Positions 49,246 through 58,662 of a stretch of 64,000 nucleotides of DNA are shown here, one piece after another. The position numbers and the translations under genes are program-made. The stretch lies in assembly GCA_042572295.1 (NCBI GenBank), contig JBHPFA010000001.1:9583-73582 (forward strand). The letters run 5' to 3'. How positions within the stretch are numbered: the stretch's first letter is position 1; each line of letters starts with the position of its first letter. The DNA comes from Nanobdellota archaeon (GTDB lineage Archaea; Nanobdellota; Nanobdellia; Pacearchaeales; JAHJTO01). The notes beneath the pieces were generated by a model. The model ran no database searches and was not told the origin of the DNA. It saw nothing but the letters and a program-made list of their open reading frames with translations.

Positions 49246-49400
49246 TTTTCTTTTTTCTCCCCATTTACAGAAATGTAATCTGTACAGAAAAACTCATATC
49301 CATTACAAGTTACACAGCGTAAATTTGGATTATCGCTTCTAAAGCCTTTTTCTCTAGTGTATACGCTTTTCCATAAACATATTTTATCTTCTAGTGGCAT
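49242..49400 (-). CDS. Small Cys-containing protein (52 aa)
   Basis: MPLEDKICLW...RCVTCNGYEFFCTDY; ATG follows leader motif. Confidence 0.6.
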   Translation of the reverse strand: MPLEDKICLWKSVYTREKGFRSDNPNLRCVTCNGYEFFCTDYISVNGEKKEK

Positions 49401-49440
49401 TTTATTCTTACTCAGAAACAGTCTGGGGCTGAACACCTCT
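49401..49440 (-). promoter_or_regulatory. Conserved structured 5' leader, copy 5
   Basis: AGAGGTGTTCAGCCCCAGACTGTTTCTGAGTAA (minus); TATA box starts 49469. Confidence 0.6.
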
Positions 49441-49505
49441 TAATAAGGAATTATAATGACTTATTTAAAGCTTTTCAGAACGATAAAATATATAATAGCT
49501 GGATA

Positions 49506-49841
49506 GTGGATGTTTTTATGACAGCAGATGATAAATGGGGTCATGTGTATATAACTCATGATGGAAGTTATCATGATTATAAGGGGATGATAGACCCTAA
49601 ACCTCCAAAAGGATGGGTTCTTCATTATTATAATAGGGAGAATGAATGCCATGCCTTTATCAGACATGGCCCTCAAAGAAGGATATGTATGGAAGTAAGA
49701 GCCAAGTATAGTTTTGATCAGGCAGATCTTGCAGTCAAGAGATGTCAAGACTTGAATAAGAATAAGTTTGCAAAGTCTAGGCTTGTAGGGATGATTTCTA
49801 GTAAACAAAGATCTGTAGAATTTAAGGATGATAGTGAATGA
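49506..49841 (+). CDS. Hypothetical protein
   Basis: 111-aa ORF, divergent TATA box; start uncertain. Confidence 0.5.
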   Translation: MDVFMTADDKWGHVYITHDGSYHDYKGMIDPKPPKGWVLHYYNRENECHAFIRHGPQRRICMEVRAKYSFDQADLAVKRCQDLNKNKFAKSRLVGMISSKQRSVEFKDDSE

Positions 49842-50987
49842 CTAGGCTTCAGTTTTGAAAGCTTTTTTGAAAAGAAGTGAAGCATATCCTATTATCATTA
49901 AAGAGATGATAATTCCTGAGAATTTGAGTATTTTGCTACCTTTTAGTTCAGGGGCTGCAAGAGGTTTATCTTTTTGATGTACATCCAGCTCAAAAGGGAT
50001 TGTTTTTATTATTTTTCCAGCCTTCATCAGAAAAAGTTCTATATCTTGCTTTCCTATAGGGGCATTATCATCAATATCAAACTCTACCTTTAGTAATTGC
50101 TCGTTATTATTTGGATCTTCTACAGTTTTGGTTGAGACTTCTAACCAATCTCCTGCACCTTCTATTTTTAGGGTGTATTCATTGTTGTTTACAACAGAGC
50201 CTGTAAGAGAATTGCCTATCTGTTCCTCATCAGAATCTTCAAATGTATCTAGAGCTATTGAGAATTTATTTGTCTCTCCTACTGTTACACCCATTCCTTC
50301 AAGAGGTGCTGCTCCTGCAGCAGTTATTACATAAATTTCTCCACCTGTTTGAGTTATTTTTGGTTCTTGTGGTGTTTGCCTTAAGTCTGGATAACGTGAA
50401 GGTTGTCCCTGAAGTGAGGGTTTGTCAAGAAGGTCTTTATCCGAATTTTCTTGATTAAGGTTTCCTAGATATACTCCACTATCAGTGAGGCATTTATCTA
50501 AAAAATCTTTGGTTGAAAGAAATCCTTCTTCACAGTTTTCAGTTATTTCTCTTTTCTTTTTCTCTTCATTTTCCTTTGCCTTTTTTGAAGTATATTCTCC
50601 TTGGCCTGATTTTCCATTTGATTGTTCGGTTGATTCTTCCTGACTAGATTCCTCTTGGGCATAATCTTCCTCAGATGATGAATCTTGAACAGGATCATAA
50701 CTGTCTACAGGGGTGTCATAATCGGCTTCATCACTAGATCCTGAATCAGAGGAGTCCTCAGTAGGTTCTGGTTCATCACTTTCTTCACAATTAAAAAATG
50801 CATCTGAATTACAAGCATTAAGACAGTCTTCTTGCTCAAAGGAGGGATAACCACTAGGTTTGCCTGCACACTCTGTAGAGCAATCTCTCATGCAAATATC
50901 CCCTTTTGTTGGAGGGGTGATTGTGATAATAAAAATAATAAAAATAATTGAAAAAAGAATTCTTTTATGAGTATTTTTAACTTCCAT
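49842..50987 (-). CDS. Secreted acidic surface protein with C-terminal TM
   Basis: Signal peptide, Cys-rich head, D/E/S-rich linker, beta-rich domain, C-terminal anchor. Confidence 0.75.
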   Translation of the reverse strand: MEVKNTHKRILFSIIFIIFIITITPPTKGDICMRDCSTECAGKPSGYPSFEQEDCLNACNSDAFFNCEESDEPEPTEDSSDSGSSDEADYDTPVDSYDPVQDSSSEEDYAQEESSQEESTEQSNGKSGQGEYTSKKAKENEEKKKREITENCEEGFLSTKDFLDKCLTDSGVYLGNLNQENSDKDLLDKPSLQGQPSRYPDLRQTPQEPKITQTGGEIYVITAAGAAPLEGMGVTVGETNKFSIALDTFEDSDEEQIGNSLTGSVVNNNEYTLKIEGAGDWLEVSTKTVEDPNNNEQLLKVEFDIDDNAPIGKQDIELFLMKAGKIIKTIPFELDVHQKDKPLAAPELKGSKILKFSGIIISLMIIGYASLLFKKAFKTEA

Positions 50988-51089
50988 TTTCCCCTTTTTG
51001 TTAATTAATATTACTTAAAGAGAAGTTATAAATCTGTCGGGGAGATAAACTTAAATATCTTGATTAGTAGAGAGAGATATAGTAAAAAG

Positions 51090-52325
51090 ATGGTAGATGA
51101 TGTGTTAGTTAATTGGTTGAGAGAAAATCAAGCTAAAGGTTTTGATTTAGGAACTCTGAGAAACCAATTAATACAAAGCGGACGAAATCAACAGGAAGTT
51201 GATGAAGCTGTTAATTCTCTTAGTGCTCCTGCACAAGTTCAAGCACCTACGGCCCAATCAGTAGCTCAACCTTCTGAAGTCAGTGCAGAAACTCCTGAAG
51301 CAAAAGGATTTTCTATGAAAAAAATGATTATCCCTTCTGTAGTGCTTTTGTTAGGAATAGGTTTACTTGCATTCTTTTTAACAATGGGTGGAGAAGAGAC
51401 TACAGAACAAGCAGTTGCTGCTCCTGAAATTGAAGAAGTTGTTGAAGAGCCGGTTGTTGATACTGTTGTTGAAGAAACTGGCAGTGTTGAAGGGCCAATT
51501 GAAGTCACTTTACAAGATAGAGAGTCAGTGACTATTGAGATTGATGGAACTGAACATGATATAACTGCTAGAGTTTATCCTGATCAAGGAGCTCTTGAAA
51601 TTGATGGTAGTCTCATGGTAGGTATGCAAAGTGGAGGACAGTTTGTACATACTGGTCCATTTGGAGAATTATATATTAATGTAATTGAAGTCGGTCCTCA
51701 TTTGATACTTGATGAGTATGTTGATGCTATATCAGTTGAATTTTCTGGAGAGCCTTTTACTGTAGAAGCAACAGGTTTGGGAACTGAGAGTGCAGAAGAA
51801 ACTGAAACTTCAGAAACTGCATATACTTTTACAACAGGAGAAACAAGAGAAATAGAAATTAATGGATCCATATATGAAGTTGAGACAACAGTCAAAAGTG
51901 AAAGCCTCGCGCAGTTTACAATCAATGAAGAATCACTCACATTATATTTAGGAGAAGAATATGAGCTTGTAGATGGAACTAAGGTTATACTTCTTGATAT
52001 CACTATGGGCGAGCCGGCCACAGCTGAACTTGACTTTACAGTGCCAGCTCCTGAAGTAATTCCTGAAGGAGTGGGAGAGGTATGTAGTGAAGATTCTGAA
52101 TGTTTGTCAATTGAGTGTGAAGAAAAAGATAAAGTGATTCCAGATGCTTTCTGTCATTATGGGATATGTAGGTGTAGTGGACTTAGTTATGACCAAATGG
52201 CAAATCCCCCTTGTGATGATGAAATAGATTGTATTGTCTTTGAAGCAATAGAATGTTTTGAAGAAGAAATTGCTTCGTGTTTAGAACAAAGCTGGGGCAC
52301 TGGATGCGAATGTGTTTCAGCTTAA
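51090..52325 (+). CDS. Single-pass acidic surface protein with Cys-rich C-terminus
   Basis: Cytoplasmic N-domain, TM, E/T-rich beta domains, Cys-rich tail. Confidence 0.75.
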   Translation: MVDDVLVNWLRENQAKGFDLGTLRNQLIQSGRNQQEVDEAVNSLSAPAQVQAPTAQSVAQPSEVSAETPEAKGFSMKKMIIPSVVLLLGIGLLAFFLTMGGEETTEQAVAAPEIEEVVEEPVVDTVVEETGSVEGPIEVTLQDRESVTIEIDGTEHDITARVYPDQGALEIDGSLMVGMQSGGQFVHTGPFGELYINVIEVGPHLILDEYVDAISVEFSGEPFTVEATGLGTESAEETETSETAYTFTTGETREIEINGSIYEVETTVKSESLAQFTINEESLTLYLGEEYELVDGTKVILLDITMGEPATAELDFTVPAPEVIPEGVGEVCSEDSECLSIECEEKDKVIPDAFCHYGICRCSGLSYDQMANPPCDDEIDCIVFEAIECFEEEIASCLEQSWGTGCECVSA

Positions 52326-52353
52326 GTTATCAATTCTTAGCTAAGAAATAAGT

Positions 52354-52827
52354 TTATTCTGAATCTTCTTCAGATGTTTCTTCTTTTTCTGGTGCTTCTT
52401 CATCTGCTGGAGCCATTTCTAACTCTTGTAAAACTTTAAGAATTTTGTCTAATTTAGTATTAATCTTGTCTAATTGTTCTTTAGAAACTCCTGATCCGCC
52501 GTCTCTTGAGCCTCCTCTTGAGCCGCCACCAGATTTGCTAAAACAATCACTACAAAGAACAGGTTTATCATTTGATGGTTTGAATGGGACTTGACAATCT
52601 TTCTTACATTTATCACAGACTACATCATGCATTTCTACTGGACCTCTTCCTCTTCCTCCGCCGAAGCCTCCAGATGATCTTCCTCTTCCTCCGCCGAAGC
52701 CTCCAGATGATCTTCCTCTTCCTCCGCCGAATCCTCCAGATGATCTTCCGCTGTCTCTTCCGCCGAATCCACCTCTATCTCTGTCTCTTCCGCCGAATCC
52801 TCCTGAATTTCTTCTAAAGTCTCCCAT
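52354..52827 (-). CDS. Gly/Arg-rich CxxC-x17-CxxC domain protein
   Basis: MHDVVCDKCKKDCQVPFKPSNDKPVLCSDCF flanked by RGG-rich repeats. Confidence 0.9.
   Translation of the reverse strand: MGDFRRNSGGFGGRDRDRGGFGGRDSGRSSGGFGGGRGRSSGGFGGGRGRSSGGFGGGRGRGPVEMHDVVCDKCKKDCQVPFKPSNDKPVLCSDCFSKSGGGSRGGSRDGGSGVSKEQLDKINTKLDKILKVLQELEMAPADEEAPEKEETSEEDSE
52646..52748. repeat. 33-bp coding tandem repeat x3
   Basis: CTTCCTCTTCCTCCGCCGAAGCCTCCAGATGAT units encoding SSGGFGGGRGR. Confidence 0.85.
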
Positions 52828-52916
52828 TTTCTTAGTAATTAGATGAAATGAACGGTTTATAAATCTATGTAGTCTTGAGTGGGGTATTTAAATGGTATTT
52901 AAAGGGCTCTTGAGAA

Positions 52917-53117
52917 TTAAGCAGGGATATTCTTGTAACCACATCCACCTTTTGATTGTGGGCAGTGTAAAGTTCCTTTTCCATCACCCCATTGGATGAT
53001 CCAAAGGGTTTTTCTGCAGTTAGGACATTTAGGATTTTTAGAACGATTCATACTAGGATTTCTTATTTTAGTCCCAATTCCTGAAGTGCCTCTTCCTAAA
53101 GGTCTAGTTCCAACCAT
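52917..53117 (-). CDS. Small Zn-ribbon-like protein
   Basis: CPNC...HCPQSKGGCGY. Confidence 0.55.
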   Translation of the reverse strand: MVGTRPLGRGTSGIGTKIRNPSMNRSKNPKCPNCRKTLWIIQWGDGKGTLHCPQSKGGCGYKNIPA

Positions 53118-53141
53118 GTTTTAACCATTATAATAGGGAAT

Positions 53142-53483
53142 TTAAACCTTTTTGAAGAAATCTTCTCCAAAATAGAGAAGATAATTTTGTCCAAGATACT
53201 TTTCAGCTTGTTTTTTTGTAGGCTTTTTCGTAGGAATATTTAGTTTCTTTGCCAAAATCTCCTCAAGAAGGCTCAGGTTTTTACATCCAAGCTTTTTTTC
53301 ATTAAGTCTTATGATGTTTTTATCTTTCCTATAAAGTTGAGGGATATCTTTCTTGCAGTTTTCTATAATTTTTTGGGTTCTTAGATGATTTAGATGTACT
53401 ACCGTACTCTCTCCAGCATACTCAAAGTCCCCCCTGTAATAATCTATAAAGTCTTTAGCCAATTGCTTGTTATTATATCCCAT
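53142..53483 (-). CDS. Hypothetical protein
   Basis: 113-aa ORF. Confidence 0.6.
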   Translation of the reverse strand: MGYNNKQLAKDFIDYYRGDFEYAGESTVVHLNHLRTQKIIENCKKDIPQLYRKDKNIIRLNEKKLGCKNLSLLEEILAKKLNIPTKKPTKKQAEKYLGQNYLLYFGEDFFKKV

Positions 53484-53619
53484 ACTTTTTTCCAGTAGAA
53501 TTGGTTTTTAAGGATTATTCTAATTGAAAAGTATTGATAGTTTAAACCTTTTTGAGAATGTTGTCCGAGGATATGGATTATAACTAAAGCTTTATATTAC
53601 TAATTTAATACCATTGGAT

Positions 53620-54783
53620 ATGTCTTTGTTGTCAAACGTTCATATTAATGAGTTCTTTAGAAATAAAGAACTAAATGAATTTTATGCTGCAACCATTATA
53701 ATGTATTTTGCTGAAGGGTTGATAAGCATTTTTGTTCCTATCTATTTGTATAAGTTAGGTTATTCTATACCTATAATTATTTTATTCTCCTTTTTAATTT
53801 CCTTAAGTTTTGTAGTATTTTCTTATTTAGGGGCAAGAGTGGTCTCCAAGATTGGAGTAAAACATTCTATGTTGTTATCTACTCCATTTAACCTTGCTTT
53901 TTATTTAGGGCTGGGTATTTTGCCTAAATTTCCATTTTTATTTTTTATATTACCTATTCTCAGATCTTGGAAGATGATATTATTCAATTATGGATATCAT
54001 CTCGATTTTATTAAGAACTCAGATGGGAAGAGGAGAGGAAGAGAAATTTCTGTCATACTGGAGTTATTTGTCATAGCAACGGCATTGTCTCCTTTTATTG
54101 GAGGACTTATTGCTTCCTTTTTAGGATTCAATGTTCTTTATTTCTTAGGATCTATGTTATTGGTCTTGGGGACTTTCCCTCTTTTCTTGACAAAAGATGG
54201 ACCTGAAAAAATAAGGTTCAGTAAAGGTACATTATGGAAAAGCATCTTGGGTAAGAAAGAGCGTAATAATCTAATCAGTTTGTCAAGTTATGGTATAGAA
54301 TCTATAGTCGGAAAGGTTCTTTGGCCATTATTTTTGATAATTTTGTTAGTGGAAGTGTTTAAGACTGGTTTAATAGTCACGTTATCAATGCTTTTTTCAG
54401 TGGTTTTCTTTTACTTCATAGGTGAGTTGACTGATAGAAATAGCAGAAGGAAAATGTTTAGGATAGGCACTTATTTCTATGCCCTTTCTTGGATTGGAAG
54501 AGTCTTTGTAAGTTCTCCATTCCAAGCGTTTTTTGTGGACTCCTATAGAAATATCACTGAAAAAATCGTGCACATACCTTGGCTTGCTAAAAGTTATGAT
54601 ATTGCTAAGGAAAAAGGATACTTTAAGTTCATTGTTGGAAGAGAAGTCATATTTAATTTGAGTAGGGTCGTGTTCTTGCCAGTGTTTATGTTAATATTCT
54701 ATATTGGATATAAACCATTTATTATAAGCTTCATACTGGCTGGAATATTCACATTAGGTTATCAATTCTTAGGTAAGAAGTAA
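53620..54783 (+). CDS. MFS transporter
   Basis: ~12 TM; SKIGVK and GELTDRNSRR loop motifs. Confidence 0.88.
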   Translation: MSLLSNVHINEFFRNKELNEFYAATIIMYFAEGLISIFVPIYLYKLGYSIPIIILFSFLISLSFVVFSYLGARVVSKIGVKHSMLLSTPFNLAFYLGLGILPKFPFLFFILPILRSWKMILFNYGYHLDFIKNSDGKRRGREISVILELFVIATALSPFIGGLIASFLGFNVLYFLGSMLLVLGTFPLFLTKDGPEKIRFSKGTLWKSILGKKERNNLISLSSYGIESIVGKVLWPLFLIILLVEVFKTGLIVTLSMLFSVVFFYFIGELTDRNSRRKMFRIGTYFYALSWIGRVFVSSPFQAFFVDSYRNITEKIVHIPWLAKSYDIAKEKGYFKFIVGREVIFNLSRVVFLPVFMLIFYIGYKPFIISFILAGIFTLGYQFLGKK

Positions 54784-54850
54784 TTCTTAGATTTTCTCTT
54801 TAACAATTAATTTATATATTCAAAAAATCTATATTGGATGTAAAAGGGGG

Positions 54851-55222
54851 TTGATGATGGCAAAAAAGAAGAAAGTAAAGAAAAATAATCTTAAAGAGTT
54901 CTTTAATAGTAAGAGAGAAGACAAATTAGGTTGGGCTTTAGTGTTCTTTTGGGGAGCATTAGTTGTTCTTGCAGATCTTAGTGGATATTTAGGAGGAATT
55001 GAAGGATGGTCTCTGTTTTTTACAGGGGTTGGAGTCATAGTTTTGGCGTTTGCACCATTCCTTTTTTACGCTGGAAACAAAAAAGCATGGTTTAATGTTA
55101 TCTTCGGAATAGTGTTCTTATCTATTGGAGTAGGAGATTTCATAAGCCTTAGATGGATCTGGGTAGTAATCTTAATAGCTTTAGGTTATGCGACACTAAG
55201 AAGTGTATTTGATAAGAAGTAG
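54851..55222 (+). CDS. Membrane protein
   Basis: Four hydrophobic segments. Confidence 0.7.
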   Translation: MMMAKKKKVKKNNLKEFFNSKREDKLGWALVFFWGALVVLADLSGYLGGIEGWSLFFTGVGVIVLAFAPFLFYAGNKKAWFNVIFGIVFLSIGVGDFISLRWIWVVILIALGYATLRSVFDKK

Positions 55223-55280
55223 ATATTAAGATATCTCTTTTTCACCTTTTTCTTTTTTTATTTTTAATCAATAGTGTTAG

Positions 55281-55778
55281 CTATTGCTCATGTTTTACTA
55301 CATATTCTAAAGGTTTATGGTGAAACTTTACTGAAAAATTGTCATATTTAATAGAGATATCTGGATTTACAGATTTTGTCATACTTGAAGTTTTGAATTT
55401 AACATTTGGGTGCTTTTTCATGAAGTCCTCGAAATTGTCTTTAATAACAAATTCTACATGTTCTAATCCTTCAGTATAAAAACTACCTTCTTTTGGAGAA
55501 GGCAGCTCAACACAGCTTATTTTTCTATTTTTGAATATTATTGGTTCCTTGAGTTTATATGTGGAGATTGGCCTACCACCTATTTCATTTTCTGAGAGTA
55601 TGTCCCCCAGTTTAGATAATTCTTTTTTAAATATTTCATATCTTTCTTTGGTTTCAACCCTATAACAGATATGATCTAATTCAGAATCAGATACATCAAT
55701 TCCATCTTTTTCTAAAGCAATTAAAACTTTCTCTAAGAAACCTTCCAGATTACTTATTAAATCATGCAATTGGTCCAT
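55281..55778 (-). CDS. VOC/YecM-family protein
   Basis: LDHICYR, SENEIGGRPI, VELPSPK, GLEHVEFV, VKFHH. Confidence 0.88.
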   Translation of the reverse strand: MDQLHDLISNLEGFLEKVLIALEKDGIDVSDSELDHICYRVETKERYEIFKKELSKLGDILSENEIGGRPISTYKLKEPIIFKNRKISCVELPSPKEGSFYTEGLEHVEFVIKDNFEDFMKKHPNVKFKTSSMTKSVNPDISIKYDNFSVKFHHKPLEYVVKHEQ

Positions 55779-55812
55779 GTCAATATATTATTCCTTCAAA
55801 TTTAAATTTTTT

Positions 55813-56055
55813 TCACTTTTTCTTTAATTTCATTATAATATCAATTATAGCAAAAACTACTCCTGTTCCCATTAGGCTATAACTAAATAGTCTGTTGTCT
55901 CCAAAAAGAATTCCTGCTAGGATGAACCCAAAAGCAAGAGTTGTTAATGGTGTGAGTTTCTCTTTTTTCTTATTCTTGTTTAAGAAAAATACAACTAAGC
56001 CAATAACAAGTAAGACTACAAGAGCTATGATAATATAGATTTGAGATATATCCAT
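55813..56055 (-). CDS. Small membrane protein
   Basis: Three hydrophobic segments. Confidence 0.65.
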   Translation of the reverse strand: MDISQIYIIIALVVLLVIGLVVFFLNKNKKKEKLTPLTTLAFGFILAGILFGDNRLFSYSLMGTGVVFAIIDIIMKLKKK

Positions 56056-56098
56056 TTTATTTGTTGCGCTTTAAAGGATTTAAACCCTTTATTAATTT

Positions 56099-56320
56099 TT
56101 AAGCTCCTAAGAACTTAAAAGCTTCAAAAACAAGGAACGCAGGCCATACGATAGATTTCAACAATCCTAAAACTCCCATACCGAAGCTTGTAGCAGTAGA
56201 TACGTAGTATATGACTGATCCAACAAAACCAAGTCCATAAACTGCTCCTCCACAACCACCTTTACATCCTTCCATATCAAAGTTACAGGCTACTTTTCCT
56301 CTTTTCTTTCTTTTTACCAT
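56099..56320 (-). CDS. Small membrane protein
   Basis: GAVYGLGFVGS..YY...LGLLKSIVWPAFLV. Confidence 0.7.
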   Translation of the reverse strand: MVKRKKRGKVACNFDMEGCKGGCGGAVYGLGFVGSVIYYVSTATSFGMGVLGLLKSIVWPAFLVFEAFKFLGA

Positions 56321-56406
56321 GTTTAATGTATGTTTTTGGATGTTTTAAATGTTTTTGAATAATGTGTTTCCCCCACATTTATATATCTCATTTACAATGT
56401 CTTATC

Positions 56407-56574
56407 ATGAAAAAGAAATCAAATAAAAAAGAGTCAGAAACGAGTGGATTGTTGATTCCAGGAGGATTACTTGTTGGAATCGGCCTTGGACTTATTACAG
56501 GCCAAGTTGCTGCATATACCTTAATAGGTTTAGGCGCAGGTTTTATCGCAATGTGGTTCTTTAGAAAGAAGTAA
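56407..56574 (+). CDS. Small Gly-rich membrane protein
   Basis: LIPGGLLVGIGLGLITG...IGLGAGF. Confidence 0.6.
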   Translation: MKKKSNKKESETSGLLIPGGLLVGIGLGLITGQVAAYTLIGLGAGFIAMWFFRKK

Positions 56575-56810
56575 GGCTACTACAATAATCTCTGTAAAGT
56601 CTCAATCTAGTTATTCTTTATGGAGGATATGGTAAAAGTAGTATATATCTAAAGAAAATGATTAATTCTTCCTGGACTGGGCCTTGTCCTCTCAACAAAT
56701 TGCAAGATTTGAATGTTTAGAAAATGTGCCTGGTTTGAGAGAGTAGTTTTTTTTCATTTTGTTTAGGCTTAATTTAAGAGATTTTAAATAGGCTGCTTTA
56801 TATTCTATCC

Positions 56811-58661
56811 GTGAATATTTGTAAAAAACTACCTTCAAAACAGGAAAATTCAAGGAATTTTGATGAAAAAGTGCATTTTGATAAAGGCCTGAAGGTCGTA
56901 GAATCAGTTTCTAAGGGAGATTTAGAAGTTTTACAGAAAGTCAAAGATAGACGATTTGAAGCCAGAAAGATATTTGATCTTAAGTTTCGGGCAGAGGAAA
57001 TAGCAAAAAGTTCTGAAATAAAGGAGTTAATTTCTTATCCTTCTATAAAGAAGAGATTGGCTTATAATCTTCCACATCAACAAAAAGGTGCTTTAAGAAT
57101 ATTAAGAGACATGGATGGAAGGGCTTTATTGGCTGATGAAGTAGGTCTTGGAAAAACAATAACTGCTGGAATGGTTTTGAAAGAATGTATTGCTAGAGGG
57201 TTTGTTAAAAGGGCATTGATATTAACTCCTCCCTCTTTAGTTCTCCAATGGCAAGAAGAATTGAGAAGTAAATTTGAATTGGATTTTAAGAATATTGAAA
57301 ATGAAAAAGAATGGGAAAATACTGAGTTTGCTATTGCTTCTATTGATAAACTTAGAAATTTTAATGTAAAAACCAATACTTTTAAGCATTCAAGAGCTCA
57401 TGAAATTTATTGGGATATTATTATCATAGATGAAGCACATAAATTAAAGGATAAAAAGACATATAGGTGGAGATTTGTAGATAAATTACAGAAAAAAAGA
57501 TTTCTTTTGTTAACTGCTACACCCTTTCAGAATAATTTAGTTGAGTTATACAATCTTTTTGCTCTTCTTAAGAGGGGGCACCTTGGAACTTTTAGTGAGT
57601 TTAGAAGAAGATTTTTACACAAGGGAAATGAAAGACATCCCTTAAATCCAGATGAATTGAAACAAAAATTAGGAGAAGTAATGGTTAGGAGAATGAAGAA
57701 AGAAATAAGTGGGATTGTGGATATCAAAAGAATTCCAAAGATACAGTCAGTTGTGTTGACAAAGGAAGAAAAAGAAGTTTACAAATCAGTACTTAACCTC
57801 CTTGTTAATCATTATAAAGATTTTAATGAAAATCCTATAAATACTACTCTTGCAACTTATGCTATTCTGCCTAAAATAACTAGTTCAACTAGATCTGCTA
57901 CTGAATTTTTGGAGAATATCTTTAAGAATCCCAAGTATAGTGTGAAGACTAGGGATTTGGCAAGGTTTTTAATTAAAGAATTTAAAGATTTGAAAAAAGA
58001 TACAAAAATTAATGTTTTATTGGATGTTGTTTCTGAAATTGTTAAAAATTCTAAGAAAACTAAAATTTTATTGTATACTAAACATCCTGCTACTTTGAAA
58101 TCTATCTCTGAGGCATTAAAGAAAAGAAAATTTAGAATTGTTGAATTTCAGGGTGGATTAAGTCCTGTTGAGAAAAATACTAGAATAAAAGAATTTGAGA
58201 ATAAGGCACAGATAATGGTAAGTACAGATACTGGTGCAGAAGGTCTTAATCTTCAATTTTGTAATAATCTAATAAATTATGACTTACCTTGGAATCCTAT
58301 GGCAGTTGAGCAAAGAATTGGTAGATTAGATAGAATAGGACAAAAGAAAGATATCAAAGTTTATAATTTGGCTACAAAAGATACAATGGAAGAACATGTT
58401 GTTGATTTGATTATCAACAAAATGTGTTGTATAGGGATGGTTATGGGGGAATTACCAATTTTGCTATTCAACATGGGTCTTGATTCTAAAGGAGTTCTGG
58501 GTACTAGTAAATTTGAGGAGAAATTGATGTATGCTTTCTTGGATTCAAAGAATAATCTAGATAATTTTGAGAGTACTGTTAAGAAGATTGGAGATGGTAT
58601 TGCTCAAGGAATGAAGGAATATGGTGCTACAAAGAAATATAACTCGGAGTTTTTGAAATAA
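56811..58661 (+). CDS. SNF2-family (RapA/YqhH-like) helicase/translocase
   Basis: LADEVGLGKT, DEAH, LTATPFQN, GAEGLNLQ, YDLPWNP, QRIGRLDRIGQ. Confidence 0.93.
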   Translation: MNICKKLPSKQENSRNFDEKVHFDKGLKVVESVSKGDLEVLQKVKDRRFEARKIFDLKFRAEEIAKSSEIKELISYPSIKKRLAYNLPHQQKGALRILRDMDGRALLADEVGLGKTITAGMVLKECIARGFVKRALILTPPSLVLQWQEELRSKFELDFKNIENEKEWENTEFAIASIDKLRNFNVKTNTFKHSRAHEIYWDIIIIDEAHKLKDKKTYRWRFVDKLQKKRFLLLTATPFQNNLVELYNLFALLKRGHLGTFSEFRRRFLHKGNERHPLNPDELKQKLGEVMVRRMKKEISGIVDIKRIPKIQSVVLTKEEKEVYKSVLNLLVNHYKDFNENPINTTLATYAILPKITSSTRSATEFLENIFKNPKYSVKTRDLARFLIKEFKDLKKDTKINVLLDVVSEIVKNSKKTKILLYTKHPATLKSISEALKKRKFRIVEFQGGLSPVEKNTRIKEFENKAQIMVSTDTGAEGLNLQFCNNLINYDLPWNPMAVEQRIGRLDRIGQKKDIKVYNLATKDTMEEHVVDLIINKMCCIGMVMGELPILLFNMGLDSKGVLGTSKFEEKLMYAFLDSKNNLDNFESTVKKIGDGIAQGMKEYGATKKYNSEFLK

Positions 58662-58662
58662 A

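Noticed and set aside
52646..52748. 33-bp repeats as a CRISPR or regulatory array
   Set aside because: In-frame coding repeats of a Gly/Arg-rich protein, no spacers
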